From Camelus dromedarius (taxonomy: Eukaryota), in assembly GCF_036321535.1 (NCBI RefSeq), contig NC_087437.1:88352001-88416000 (forward strand): DNA of 64,000 nt. Direction: 5' to 3'. Under the pieces are notes generated by a model, which worked only from the letters and a program-made list of their open reading frames with translations, had not been told where the DNA came from and did no database searches. Of the stretch, positions 25,407 through 38,200 are shown one piece after another; position 1 is the first letter of the stretch; each line of letters starts with the position of its first letter. Both the position numbers and the translations under genes were made by a program.

Positions 25407-25484
25407 CAAAAAACAAAAAACCCCAAACCCCCAAACCACACCAAAAAACCACACAAAAAACAAACAAAACAAAACAAAACAAAA
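25407..25484. repeat. (CAAAA)n-like simple repeat
   Basis: Directly visible. Confidence 0.85.
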
Positions 25485-27329
25485 CACTTGAGAGATAAAT
25501 GGCAGATCTCTCATGAACTGGTCGGGAATCAACTCTTCCCTAATTCTTACTCCTTTTTTTATTCTTAGAATAGGTGAATGGATTTTACCTGCTCTTTCCT
25601 GTGAGAAAGAGTTATAGATTGATAATACTTTGGAGACTCACTTTAATTTTCTATTTTTAAGCATTTTCTTTTGATAAAATGATATGATGAGAACAGAAAT
25701 GGTACAAAATTAGTCTTTTCTTAAGACAAGCTGCAGACTATAACACCATGATTCTCCTTGGCTCCTGGTTCAAGGTTGATTACTTTTCTGGCTCTTGGCA
25801 ATATGGATAAAGGCTGCCCTCTAATTATATTGTAGTATGTTTCAGTCCTAAAAAAAACTGACCTAAACACTGTAACTCAAGGGCTGATGTCAACATCTAC
25901 AGTAATAATTGAATAATTTTTTAATTTTCTTAAAAAAATGGTAATATGGGTGAGATCTGAACCTAGCTGGAATAAATTAGAAACATCATTGTGAAAAGGC
26001 ATTATTTCTAGTACATGTATGATTTCTGGTTGAAGGTATTTATTTAGAGAAAATTAAAGGAAATGCCAAATATGATGCAAGTTCACTTCACAGCCAGTAT
26101 GGATGGAAGATTTATTAAATGAGGATAAAAAAATTAAAACCAAATGCAGACATGAGTTTTAGACTCAAATTAGATCACAGAAAATATAATTATTCCTTAA
26201 TGAGCCAATTCTGTCAACCCATGGTTGCTCCCTAGTAGAAAATATGAAGCTTATTAACCCACTGCAGTAATCTCTCAGGCTTCTGAGTTTATTTTAAAAC
26301 TCATGACTTGGGTTCCACTCAGAAAACAACAACATTAAGAAGCTGGGACACCTGTTATTCAGTGTGAGAATGCCCTTTTCAGTTTTGCATCTTATAATGC
26401 CAGTGGGAACTCTAAATGTAATTTTCTCTTCATGACTGACCAGCTCCATAATTTATGTGGAACCAAGCTGGAGTTCTATATTTAACTTGCACTGACTTTA
26501 TAGGAAGGCGCTTTGAAAACAGTGTCTTTCGAATGTCACAGGAATAGTCTTCTGACATCATATGCACAACTTATAATTATCCCATGTTTATTGTATCTCC
26601 ACATATATAAAGTTGCACAGAGGTTTATGTGGGGAGGAGGAAAACTTTAAGGATTACTTGCCTTTGTAAAAGCATTGATTTTTACCCACATTGGTTAAGA
26701 TAACTAAAAGGCAGAAACCCACATGAAATGTCCTTTAGATGAGGGCAGGAAGAGAAAATATGCAGGAAATTGGCCACAGAGCTTTGACATAATCAGATAC
26801 AACCTAGTTAGGCCCCTGCATTCAGTTCCTTGAGTGTCCCTGGTCAGAGATGAGACACACTGAAGTCACTAAATTGGGTCTAACTTGAGCTTTTGTGGAT
26901 TAACTTTTTTGTGGCTACTGACATAGTCATAAAATAGCTCTAATTTATCTAGTCTCTTCAATTAATTCTTATACCCACTTCATGAAATGTTTGAAGAAAG
27001 AGGGTCAAAGAGGTCAGGTGTGCAAGACCCCACGAGTGATAAGTGAATGAGCCAGGATTCAAGCCCAAGGTAGGGAGGCTTGGAATAAACCTTTCCCATC
27101 TGCGCTGCAGGACCTGTTGCTCACTGGTCTACTCAAGTCCGAATCCTGATTTCTTACGCATGATATTCAAAATCACTACATAATTGTTAGTACTCTGAAT
27201 CTGCCCATGCTGTTTTATTTACCTTTCAACCTCCGCTGCTCTAATCTTCTACCTCCCTCCCTCCCACCTACCCCCTAATCCAAGGAAAAAGCCCCAGCTC
27301 TCCACCAGGAAAGCCTCATTATTTTGAGT

Positions 27330-27560
27330 GAGCTCTAAGTCAGATTAGTCACATTGAATCACCTCCCACTTACCAGCCATGGGTCTTGGGCACATTAGTA
27401 AGCTACTCTATGACGCAGTTTTTAATCTGTAAATTGTCAATAATAGTTATCCTATGCTAAAGGTGTGATGATAATTGAGTCAATATATGTAAAATGCTCA
27501 TAATAGAGCTTTGTACACAGTGAAGTCTTAGCTTGTAGTAACATAAACTATTATTATCAC
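27330..27560 (+). mobile_element. MIR
   Basis: ccacttaccagc...ttgggca...atctgtaaa...tatgtaaaatgct. Confidence 0.7.
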
Positions 27561-28143
27561 CACCAATAGCTGACTCTTCAATTCTATGTTCTTCTACTTG
27601 AAAGCACCTGCTAAACATATTATAAACATTAGTTGCTGCTGTTATTCTGTTCATATAGAAGTAAATGATTTCTTCTTCCAAATTGCAACAGAGTTTATTT
27701 TCCTTGTAATTTGTCTAGTACTTGGTGCCTTCTTTTTTGTTGTTGTCCTACACTATTTAAATATTAATTGCAGTCTAGATTTCAATATATTTGTCATATC
27801 ATTAGACATATAATTCTTAACTAGAATACAGGTTTCTTGGTACATCTTAATATTTTACAAGAATTATATATCATTATAGTCCCCACAGCCTAGCATAATG
27901 CATTGCTCATTTCAAGTACTCAGCATCCATTTAGTCAAGCCTGAACTATAGTTATAATTTTAAAATTTTAATAAGGATTAACATCTTTTTAGAGGATTAA
28001 AGTAAAAGTTGAAGAGAATCCACTAATTAGTTTACTCATTCATTCTTCCAGCAAATGATACTGAGTTCCCTTTAGGTGATCTTAGAATCTAGGGTAAAAA
28101 CATGAAGAGCTGAGAAAATTTTTTTCTTATGAAATTTAGAATA

Positions 28144-28300
28144 AGGCTTCTTTAATGTGCTTACGAATCACCTGGGGATCTTGTTAAAATGCAGATTCTG
28201 ATTCAGTACTTCCGGGGTAGAGCCAGAACTGTCTGTATTCCTAACAAGTTCCCTGGTGGTGCTGACGCTTCTAGTCACAGGAACACATAATGAGTAGCAA
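28144..28300. mobile_element. MER5A-like hAT-Charlie element
   Basis: gaatcacctggggatcttgttaaaatgcagattctgattcagta. Confidence 0.82.
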
Positions 28301-28330
28301 CCACTTAAACTCTCCCTCACTAAACACATT

Positions 28331-28732
28331 CTTTTTTTTTTTAATTGAAGTATAGTCAGCTTACAATGTTGTGTCAATTTCTGGTGTACAGAATAATGTT
28401 TCAGTCATACATATACGTACATATATTCATTTTCATATTCTTTTTTATTATAGGCTACTATAAGATATTGAATATAGTTCCCTGTGCTGTACAGTATAAA
28501 CTTGTTGTTTATCTGTTTTATATACAGTGGTTAGTATCTGCACATCTTGAACTCTCAATTTATCCCTTCCTACCCCCATTCCCCACTGGTAACCATAAGT
28601 TTGTTTTCTACATCTGTGAGTCTGTTTCTGTTTTGTAAATAAGTTCATTTGTGTCTTTTTTTAGATTCCACATATAAGTGATATCATATGGTATTTTTTC
28701 TTTCCCTTTCTGTCTTACTTCACTTAAAATGA
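28331..28732 (-). mobile_element. L1 3' UTR, lineage-specific (camelid-type)
   Basis: Poly-T then aattgaagtatagtcagcttacaatgttgtgtcaatttctggtgtacag. Closely similar to 20238-20640. Confidence 0.9.
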
Positions 28733-29035
28733 TGAATCTTTCTAAGATTTAAGAAGAATTCTTAAGGAGAATTAAGAATCACTTAAATATCTTTTTAAAT
28801 ACTCAATATTTGACCAAGTCCCTCTCATTCAATTTCTCCTGAGACAGGTACGATCTTGATTTGAAACACCTTTGTATCCTCCCTAGTCCAGAATAAGTGA
28901 ACATATCAATGTGAAGAGTGACCAAGTGAGGTGTGTGTGGGAAAGAGGGTTATAGGATGACTCCAATTCATAAAATCATATGGTTCTCATAGGACAATTC
29001 TCTGTTATAAAGTAAGTGTTAACAAGCATGCTCAC

Positions 29036-29361
29036 CCGAAGGATTTCACTGAGGAGAGCTTTGTCAGGGAATACCTCCACGTTGCCTCTCAACCCAAAGA
29101 GGCTTCTCCAATGGTGAGTTTTATCTCTAGTCCAGGAATTTATTGCATTATGGTTATGTGATAAAACCTCTTCCACAGGAGCACCAGTTTCTGACGTGCT
29201 AGGGCTTCGAGACTTGCTGAATATAAATAATGATACTCTATTGTTCTAGGTCAGCTTTTGCTGTCTCTCACCATTAAAAAAGTGCAAGAATGTGAGTTAT
29301 TCAGAGAATTACATTAAGTGATTTTCCAATTTTGTCCAATGTTACACAGTTGTACTTATCT
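29036..29361 (-). pseudogene. Pseudo-exon, end of second RGS-like domain
   Basis: Donor CGG|gtgagc. NCVTLDKIGKSL resembles RGSL1 NAIFRHLLGDRI. EALARQKLVLLWKRF fits the terminal helices of an RGS domain. Confidence 0.55.
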
Positions 29362-31569
29362 CTAGTTTAGATTGGCCATAGCAGCCCAGTAATTTTGTTA
29401 ATTAATCTACATCAAACATACATGGAATCATATTTAACATATACAGTGTTCACATCTAACCTTTTATAAGGAAAAGCTAACTCTGCTTTCATATTTATAC
29501 TTGGAAATTTCACATGAAATTACTATTACAAACAGTGTTCTTAGGCTGTTTCCAATTTTTTCCCATTTCCTACTTATGTTATTAACTTTGGAATATTCCT
29601 TGCATTCTCTTTTTTTCAACCCTCTCTCATATGGGAGCTTCTCCTTAAGACTTTCTAGTAATTCATTATTATCTTATTTGATTTTTTTATTGCCCCTTTC
29701 CTGCCATGCCCTTGAGAAGTGACAGTTCTAGAACAGATTCCTCTTCTTCATCTTTTTTTTTTTTTTTGCCAGTTTTATAGTATCCTACAAATCAAGATTA
29801 AATGAAAAATTATACTGCTGTCATAATCTCGAGTTACTTTTGGCAGCCAGCTCCTGGTGACTCATGCACAGCAAGTAGCACCATGACCATGAAATATGCA
29901 TGGTTCTATCATTAAAATGCAGAAGAAGAAACTTACAATGCCATGTGAGGGCACAGAACACATAGTAGTGATGATGTCCTGGGTGGGATTCTGAATGACA
30001 ATGGTGAGTCTCCTCATGGGAGCTGGTGATTCACTAATTCAGGGGACAAAGAAGAATATTACTGGAGATTCATCCATGAGTAAACTCTAGTTTATGAGTA
30101 AACTAGAAAATCATTAGTTACCTCTTCATTCTTTTTTTTCAGAGTTTCCTACAAAGTTCAGTTGCTATTTATTTTATTTTCCATTTATCAATTTTTAATA
30201 TAATATGATCCTTTAAAAATAACTAATCTTTTCAAATTACCATTAACATTTAAGCTTGAGACTACATCACCCTTTTATTCTCCCTCATATTTCTCCAGCA
30301 TTTCTTAGAAAAATTGTTATAGTAGTCTTGGGTTTAGTCTTAGGAAATCCCCACTTATTGTAATTTACCCATAGAATTTTAAAAATCTTTAAGTGAAGGA
30401 TGCAAGTGAATTTAAACAGGAATGCTCTTTGCCACCCAGGCACCTTATTAAATTTTGTAATGTTCATAACATGAAGGCATTGGTAGAAGAAGTTAAGGAA
30501 GATTCCTGGAGCCAGGGTTTACTTACTATATAACATTTTTTAAAATAAAGTATATTCCCCACCATTCTGTTTTGCAGCAGAAGACATTTTTCCTAAATGC
30601 CCCTCTTAAGACTACTTCCACAGAGGTGGAATAAGATACTTGGAGAATGGTTAACTGCCATTGCTCTATGGTTTTCCATAAGTGGGAATAATCAATTAAT
30701 ATCTGTAAACATGGAATTTAATATATTTCTGCTCTCCTTTCTCAGAACCAGCATAATGCAGTGATCTTCAGTAAATATTCTACTCTGTAGAGACAAAATT
30801 CCCCTTGGTATGGCCATTCCAAAGTGTGCACTGGGGAGGGGAGGATATGGACCTTAGCTAGCAGACCTCTGATAGAAAGGTGATATTTTAACCTCCATTT
30901 CTCTTTCTCTCTCTGTCTCGTACTTTCTCATTCTCTTGCTCTCTGCTGTCTCCTCAACCCTGAGCAGATGTCAGGCGCTCTCTTACTAGCACCCCTCAGA
31001 CACCAACATGCATCACTCCTTGGTGGATTCTTACACCTGTATACCTACATTCTTGGGGCTGTATGTTAGCCTCATTAATACAGATTTATTTTCCTTAGAT
31101 ATCTAAGACTTTATCAGACATAAAGTTTACGATCCCTATTTTTGTGTACTTTTCTAGATTTTGGTTCTCTCGAAGTTCTAAATCAAGCGACTTCTCTTCC
31201 ATAAGTTATTCCACAGATCTCTCTATATACTTGTATATACACAGACTTATATGTATATACATCACATATATTTCCATATTTAAATACATATAACACAATG
31301 TGTTCCTTGTATATATAATGTGTTCATTATTGGACATGTTGAATTTGAAATGACTATGAAACATATAGGCATAGAGACTGGGAATTTAACACTTGGTTTG
31401 GACTTTGTATTTAGGTGTCAGTAAGTGTATAGTAGGTAACTAAACCTATTAGGTCCCATTTTTTAATTTTTGCTTTTGTTTCTTTTGTCTTGGGGGACTG
31501 ATAAAGATCCAGATTTTAAAATTTATTTTTTAAATTGCTATTTTATTTTCTGCTTAAAAATTCTTTTAC

Positions 31570-31943
31570 ACTTCTTTAAACAGAAACTTATTGTCTCAGT
31601 TCCAGAGGCGAGAAGTCCAAATCAAGGTGTTGGCAGGATTAATTCCTTCTGGTTGATTCTGAGTGAGGGATCTGTTTCAGGCCTCTCTCCTTAGCTTGTA
31701 AGTGGCCATCTCCCTGGATCTCTTCACATTGTCTTCCTTCTTTTGTATGTCTCCAAATTTTCCCTTTTTGTAAGGACCTTCCTTAGATTGAACTAGGGGC
31801 CTACCCTATTTCAATATAACTCCATCTTCACTTCACTAAGTACATCTACAATAACCTTAGCTCCAAATAGGGGCACATATTGAAATACTGGGGATTAGGA
31901 CTACAACGTATGAATTTGGTGGAACACAATTCAACCTGTAACA
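31570..31943 (-). mobile_element. MLT1A-like solo LTR
   Basis: aaacagaaacttattgtctcagttcc...aagtccaaatcaaggtgttggcagg...acacaattcaacctgtaaca. Confidence 0.8.
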
Positions 31944-32229
31944 ATTATTAAATTGTTTAGAAGAATATTCTTTAATTTCCAATTAGAAATATTTTTGTCC
32001 TTTTTTTGGCCATTGTTTTTGTAATCAACAAATCACGTTATTTCTGTGATCAGCAAATATACTATGAATATTTAACCCTTTTGGAATTCATTGAAATTAT
32101 TATTATTTCTTCATAAAAATGTATTTTTATTTATATACATTAAAATCATCATTATTTGATCCAGAAATGTTCATGATTATCAAATATCTTGGATCAACTG
32201 TTGTCATGAAGTCTATGTTTTTATTTATC

Positions 32230-33110
32230 TACGGTTAGGGATTTCTGAGCAAAAAGACCTAAGCCTAGGTTGAAGGAGATGACTTGGAAGTTGGAAGGTG
32301 ATTGGATAGCTAGAAGATCTCCTGAGAGATTGGAGACTTACCTCTCGTGTGTTTACATTTCAAAGGGAGATGAAACCTGGGACAGTCATTTATGTTCCGA
32401 AGGATTGTAAACCACTAGGGGATGAGGGTTTCTCTCCCTTTCTCAGGAGGGGAGAGAGACAACATGTTTATAAACTGCTAGATTTGTAATTTCAGGTTTC
32501 CTCCTAAGACAGGAGCCCTGCTTTTGTGTATGTGCTTAATTTGCACTACTCAGGAAAGGGAAAGACCTGCGGTGTTTGGGCATAGGACGGCGGGCCGGTG
32601 ACGTGGGTTGGTAAAGAATTACCAGAGACAGGAAAGTTTAGGAAAGTTTAATAGTTATACTGCTGTAAGAAACAGCGGGCCACACGGGCGAGAGGTGCAC
32701 AGAGCACCGAGGGTGGGCGTGCAGGGTCTTTCATTGCGGGGAGGGTGCACACAAGGAGTAGGGGGCTGCATGATCACTTCGTGCACAGGTACCTGATTAG
32801 TTGTAAGGTCTGTCAGGGACTTCTGTGAACAATAGGTTTTAGGACTTCGGTAAGGTCAGGATGTGAGGCCTCTCCACCTAGGGTATTGTATGCAGGGCTA
32901 TCTCCTGGGGCAGTGACTTTTGTTAGGGTAAACACACATCAAGAGAAGATGTTTTACGTCTTGCAGAAATGCAGGTTTGCAAAGGGTCCTGCAGTGGGGA
33001 GTAGGGGTTAATGTGTCAATGGCTCCAGGCACACAGAGAGCCCAGGGGTGGGGGTTTTATAACTCCAGAGTGCCAGCCAGCTCCACGTGTGGCATGAGGA
33101 ATGGGTGTTG
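32230..33110 (-). mobile_element. ERV LTR-like sequence, CpG-retaining at 32570-32800
   Basis: Abrupt GC-rich block with antisense polyA-like (tttaat) and TATA-like (ttttata) signals. Family not recognised. Confidence 0.5.
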
Positions 33111-33225
33111 TTACTGCTGTAAGTAATAAAAATCTGCCTTGATGAAGGAGTTTCATGTTTTCATTCAGATTAATATAAATAAATCTGTTTTTAAAAGTAT
33201 CAATTGTATGCTTTATAAATGCTAC

Positions 33226-33597
33226 TGTTAAAAAAAACAAAATTCAATTGAGTAAATTAAAGATCTAACTGACTTTATTCAGTGATTCATAAATTGGGCA
33301 TCATCCCATCTAGCAAATAGAAAGGAGCTCCAAGGAGCTGTATTATAGGCAGAGAGATGTGTGAGGGACAAGGAAAGAGCAGATTGTTTCAGGCAAGGTC
33401 ACATTCCTTTAGGGGACAAAAGGAATCTATCAGGGGGATTAAGTCACTGGTGCTGACCAGAAAATTCCGAACTGACCCATGAAGGTTACATTCCTGAGGG
33501 AGGCTGAAACTGCAATTAGGTTAGGTATTAAGTCTTGGTATGGTGATGTGGGTTTAGTACAAGTGACTCCACTTTGGGCCAGTTGTCGCTTTTAATA
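33226..33597 (-). mobile_element. ERV1-class solo LTR
   Basis: TGTTAAA start, antisense polyA signal ctttatt, 4-bp TSD CTAC at 33222-33225 and 33598-33601. Confidence 0.8.
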
Positions 33598-33715
33598 CTA
33601 CTTTGTAAGGAGATTTCTTAGAATAAATGAGATCAAGTGGGTTTTTAATATTCAAAAATTGAAATTCCATTTTCTTGGGGAAAAAAACAGATGTTCCAAA
33701 TATTCCTTTTCAACA

Positions 33716-33808
33716 AATATATGTATGTATATGCATGACTTGGACATTGTGCTGTACACCAGAAATCGACACATTGTAATTGATTGTACTTCAATTAAAA
33801 AAAAAAAA
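33716..33808 (+). mobile_element. Short L1 3' end with poly-A
   Basis: gctgtacaccagaaatcgacacattgtaattgattgtacttcaattaaaaaaaa. Confidence 0.85.
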
Positions 33809-33914
33809 GGGTCAAATAAATAAATAAATATTTATTTATTTTCATACTTTTATTTATTTTCCTGTGCTGTTCTCAGGAAGAGGCACTGCTGTGGACAGTC
33901 TGCCTTGCCTCTCA

Positions 33915-34148
33915 CGTGGGTCTATTTAGGTCCTCTGCCCATTTCTAAATTGTATTGTGTGCTTTTTGGCTATCTAATTATATAAATTCTTTCTCTATTT
34001 TGTGTATTAACTCTTTATCTGATACATGATTTGCAAATACTGTCTCCCATTTCATAGGTTGCTTTTTCACTTTGTTGAAGGTTTTCGTTACTGAGCAGAA
34101 GCTTTTTAGTTTTATGTTTATTTTTACTTTTGTTGCCTTTGCTTTGGT
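33915..34148 (-). mobile_element. L1 ORF2 fragment
   Basis: tttgcaaatactgtctcccat...gcagaagctttttagtt. Confidence 0.75.
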
Positions 34149-34594
34149 TAAGAAGTACCTGCTGATATATTTTATTAAATTTTGTTTTTTCCCCCTTTCA
34201 TACTGCTCTCTGCTACCAAATCTACAGATATTTTGTCATAACTCTGTTAAAAGGCAAGTATATAAATAGTTTTTGCTTTTTGAATATTGAATGTCAGTGC
34301 TTTAGATTCTGGTTTGACAAGGGAATCTACATCTGTTTTTTTTTAAATGCTATTTTCCTCTATGCTTAAAAGAGGTTACAATATGTTAGATGAAGAGCAA
34401 ATCTTTAACAAATGCTTTTCTACTGCAGTTCAGGTTAACACAACAATTTCAGTATCTAAACCCCTCCATCACTTTTAAGAGAAAAGAGAGCAAAGTAGAA
34501 ACTGGATATGTGACTGAAACAACATGGGATAAACTCGTAGAGAATAACAGACTCCTTCCCTTGAAGGGTACTTTCTTGAAGAAATAAAACTTAC

Positions 34595-34833
34595 CTACAA
34601 GAATGGTTTGAAGGTATTTGGAGTGCTGCCGTGTTGTTTAGAAAAGAGTTCCATTCAAGGCTTGCAATTCTACGTTGTCTAGAATAGCAGTTGGAGGCGT
34701 CAAGTCTAAGTGCTGCTATTACACAGCATTACGTGTGGGGATGTAAGCCACTAGCGTGCACTCCAAATTTCAGATCCTGCGCTTTCCAAGAGCTGCTAAT
34801 AGGACACTTTCCAAACAAGTGGATGACCTTATG
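34595..34833 (-). pseudogene. Pseudo-exon, start of second RGS-like domain
   Basis: Strong acceptor ttttccattctcag and donor TAG|gtaagt. KVIHLFGKCPISSSWKAQ vs RGS22 KVIHLTSFTDISECLKPQ (9/18). AALRLDA resembles RGSL1 LALCADA. ALQ(fs)YLQTILV resembles DLQHFLSVLL. One stop. Confidence 0.72.
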
Positions 34834-35149
34834 CTGAGAATGGAAAATGTTGGAGGTTAAAAGATTGAGTGTCACTTGTGGTTGTATTTGATAGTAGTTT
34901 TATGTTGAAAATCAATTATATTACCTAGAATAAATGAGAAATCACAAGGAATTAGTGAAATAGAAAGCCTCATATATCTCCCTAAGGATTTGCTTGCTTG
35001 AAGTATTAAGCACTAAAATCTTGAGACACATTTTATTACAAACTTGATTATTTTACATAAATAGAAATTTGGCCTCACAATGCTAAGTTACTTAGAAATT
35101 TTAAGTTAGGTCAGTAGACTGAGATGGAAAATAATATAGTTCTTTGAAA

Positions 35150-35385
35150 TGAGGTATAGTCTAATCTCAGTTTTTTTAAGTGAGAAACAGTTCAGTCTTT
35201 GCCACTTACTTGTTCTGTGTCCTTGGGCAAATCATGCAACCTTCTTAAACCTTAGTTTCTTCATCTTTAAAATGGGAATAATATCTATATTTGCCTCAGG
35301 ATATTTATTAAGTTTAAAAAAGTAATATATGTAAATTATTTAGCCCAATGACTGGCACCTATTAAGCATTCAATTAATTAGCATT
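35150..35385 (+). mobile_element. MIR
   Basis: gccacttact...tgtgtccttgggcaaatca...catctttaaaatgggaataata. Confidence 0.8.
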
Positions 35386-35449
35386 TTTATTCCTAACCGT
35401 AAATTGGACAAAGAATTATCCTCAATATATAAAAGTCCTCTACAATTGA

Positions 35450-36240
35450 GTCCATAAATATTTGTTATGGGCCAGGCATCTTATAGATGCTTGGGAGAAA
35501 GTGGTAAGCAAAACAGGCAGGATCCTTGTCTTCAAGGAGTTTACATATTAGTGGATATAGGGAATCTGGGTATAGAAAAACAGACAAAAAACATGTAAAC
35601 TAATATAGAACAAAGTAAAAAAATTGTATTATGAAAAAAACACAACTGGGTAAAGAAGTAGAAAGGAACTAGAGTGCTAAGGTCTGTCTTAAGAGGTGGC
35701 ATTTGAACAGAGGATAGCAAAGAAAAGGAACAGTGAGTGCAAAGTAAGATGCTAATAAGCTTGTCATCACTTTAAGAGTTACCATTAAAAGCCAGTCACC
35801 TGGAGCAGAGTTAATGGAAGGAAAGGGAGTCATGAAGGGTACCTAATGACAGGTAGGTGGAGATGTATCATAGAAAAATTTGGAGGCCATTGTTAAGGAA
35901 TTTGGAACATGTTGATTTTGTATTGGAAGTCACTGGAAGATTTTAAGCAGGAAAGTGACATGACCTAGTTTATCTTTTAGAAATATCTTTCTGGCTGCTC
36001 TGTGGAGGATGGATTTAGGGCAGCAAGAGTTAAAGCAAGCAGAGCAATCAGGAGGTTATTAAAGCAGTTGTCACAGGGGATGAGGCTGACCTGAACTAGG
36101 ATTTTGCACTGAGGGTACTAAAAAACTGGGATTTGGAATACAGTTTTGACTTAGAGGCAACAGGATGGGAGGTATGAACAAAGGAGAAAAATGATATTAA
36201 CTTTAGAATTTGTTTGTCTAAGCAAACTAAGAGATGGAAT
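35450..36240 (-). mobile_element. L2 fragment
   Basis: ggaagtcactggaagattttaagcagg...tctggctgctctgtggaggatggatt. Confidence 0.8.
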
Positions 36241-36829
36241 CATGTTTTCTTTCTTGACTAAATAGAATAGACTATTTAGACTATAATAAGGATATAGGAA
36301 TGTGCAGACAGAGAAAAACAAACAAATAACAACAAAACTTCAAAAAAAAAACAAGAAGGAACCGAACAGGTTATTATGAATTTAACATTTTAATGCAGTA
36401 AGTATGTATTTGAAGAAATCGTTGAAATGTTTGGTTTGATGCTTTCTCTCTCACTATTTTGAGTGACCATCTCAAGCAAATACGTCTCCATTTATTGACA
36501 TTCTAGACAGTACTCCTGTCTCCTCTTGAAAAATGAAGAGGATGAAAGATATTTTTGGTTTATCTACCCTGCTCAGGAAATGTTTGCCTTAGTTATTTGT
36601 GTAACATATGTGAAAAATTGTTTAAAGTACAATGAAAAATGAGGAATGTGAGGTAGAAATATAACTTCATAGTGTTGAAGTTTAGAAGATTCTTATAAAA
36701 TTTGTCAGCCTATTTGATAATGTTTTATCACCTCTTTTATTAGCTTTCTCATAATTAGAAAAATTAAAAATAGCCTCCTTCCCCAACAAAATGAAACAAA
36801 ACAAAAAACAAAGATAGGTCTCCTAAATT

Positions 36830-37314
36830 TAAATAGACAGCCAGTAAACAAAAAGGCAGAAACTACAAAGTACCATATTTCCTTTGGCTGGAGTCAGAGA
36901 GATTTGAAGTATGAGAGGGACTCACTTCACCATTGTTGGAAGGGTGGCTACATGGGAAGCAAAAGAAGGAATTCAGGCAAATTCTAGTAGCAAAGACTGC
37001 ACCCTTCTGCACCACCATCCCCAGCAGACAACCAGCAAGGAAACACTGACTCTTTGTGACATAAACACCAAGAACTGAATTGAAGGAACAACTTGAATGA
37101 ACTTGGAGGTGGATATATCCCCAGAGCCTCCAGCAAGGAAGTCAATCTTGATGACATCTTGATTTTGGTTTTATGAGACTTTAAACAGAAGACACAGTTA
37201 AATTACATTCTACTTAGATTTCTGATGAACAGAATTGTGAGATAACAAATAGGTGTTGATTTAAACTGCTAAATTTGTGGTAATTTGTTATGATTGTAAC
37301 AGAAAATTAATACA
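36830..37314 (+). mobile_element. MLT1E-like solo LTR
   Basis: ccagcaaggaaac...tttaaactgctaaatttgtggtaatttgtta...aattaataca. Confidence 0.8.
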
Positions 37315-37317
37315 ACT

Positions 37318-37673
37318 TATTTAAAAAAGATGACAGGCCCCAAATGGAGTCACTTGTGATAAGCCCCAGGTCAGCAAACCAAGACTAATGTAAACCTAAA
37401 GTAAATGTATTTTCAGCCATTCTCAAGAATGTAATGTTAAACTGGTCATAATTTCCTGGTCAGCACCAATGATGTAATCCATTTTCCATCCCTCAGAGGT
37501 GAGATAATCCATTCATTCCTTGTCCCCGCCCCCTTATGCCTCCAAAGTCTCCCATTTTTCTATAGCTCCTTACAGGTCCTTTTTATTTGCTAGATTGGAT
37601 GCTGCCTGATTCGTAAATCATTTAATAAAGCCATTTGATCTTTAAATTGTCGGTTGAATTTTGTTTTTTAGCA
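37318..37673 (+). mobile_element. ERV1-class solo LTR, same family as 33226-33597
   Basis: ggccccaaatggagtcacttgtg...aataaagcc...ttgaattttgtttttta is the reverse complement of the 33.2-33.6 kb element. Confidence 0.8.
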
Positions 37674-38059
37674 AGCTGATGAACAAGGAGGGTAAAGAGT
37701 AAAACACAAAAGAGAAAAGACAATCCTTTAAAAATATTTATTTATATAAAATTACTGCCATAATGTACACTATTGATTGTGTGAAATAATTTTCCTTCCC
37801 TTTGATTTTAAAAAAAGAGAACTTTGAAATGAAGAAAAAAATTATTTTGGGGAAGAATTATGATTTATTTCCAGTTAGAATAATTTTCACTTGGAAAGTT
37901 TTTAAATTTTTTTCAGCTATACTATTTCACTAAATAAAACTTAACACTAGTAAAACTAAAAGAATCTTAATTTATTAATAAGAAATCAAAAAAACATTGG
38001 AAGATATTTTATTGATCTTTGAAGATTATGTGGTTTTTACCTGAGCAAACAAAAGAGAC

Positions 38060-38200
38060 TTCTGGAATACTTCAGCTACATTACCTTGTATGACCCTGGG
38101 CAAGTCACTTAACCTCCCTGTGACATATCTTCCTTATCTGACAGTGTGAATATTAGTGGAACCTACCTTGTAAAGTTACTATAAGGACTAAATGAGTAGG
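38060..38200 (+). mobile_element. MIR
   Basis: tgaccctgggcaagtcacttaacctc. Confidence 0.75.
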
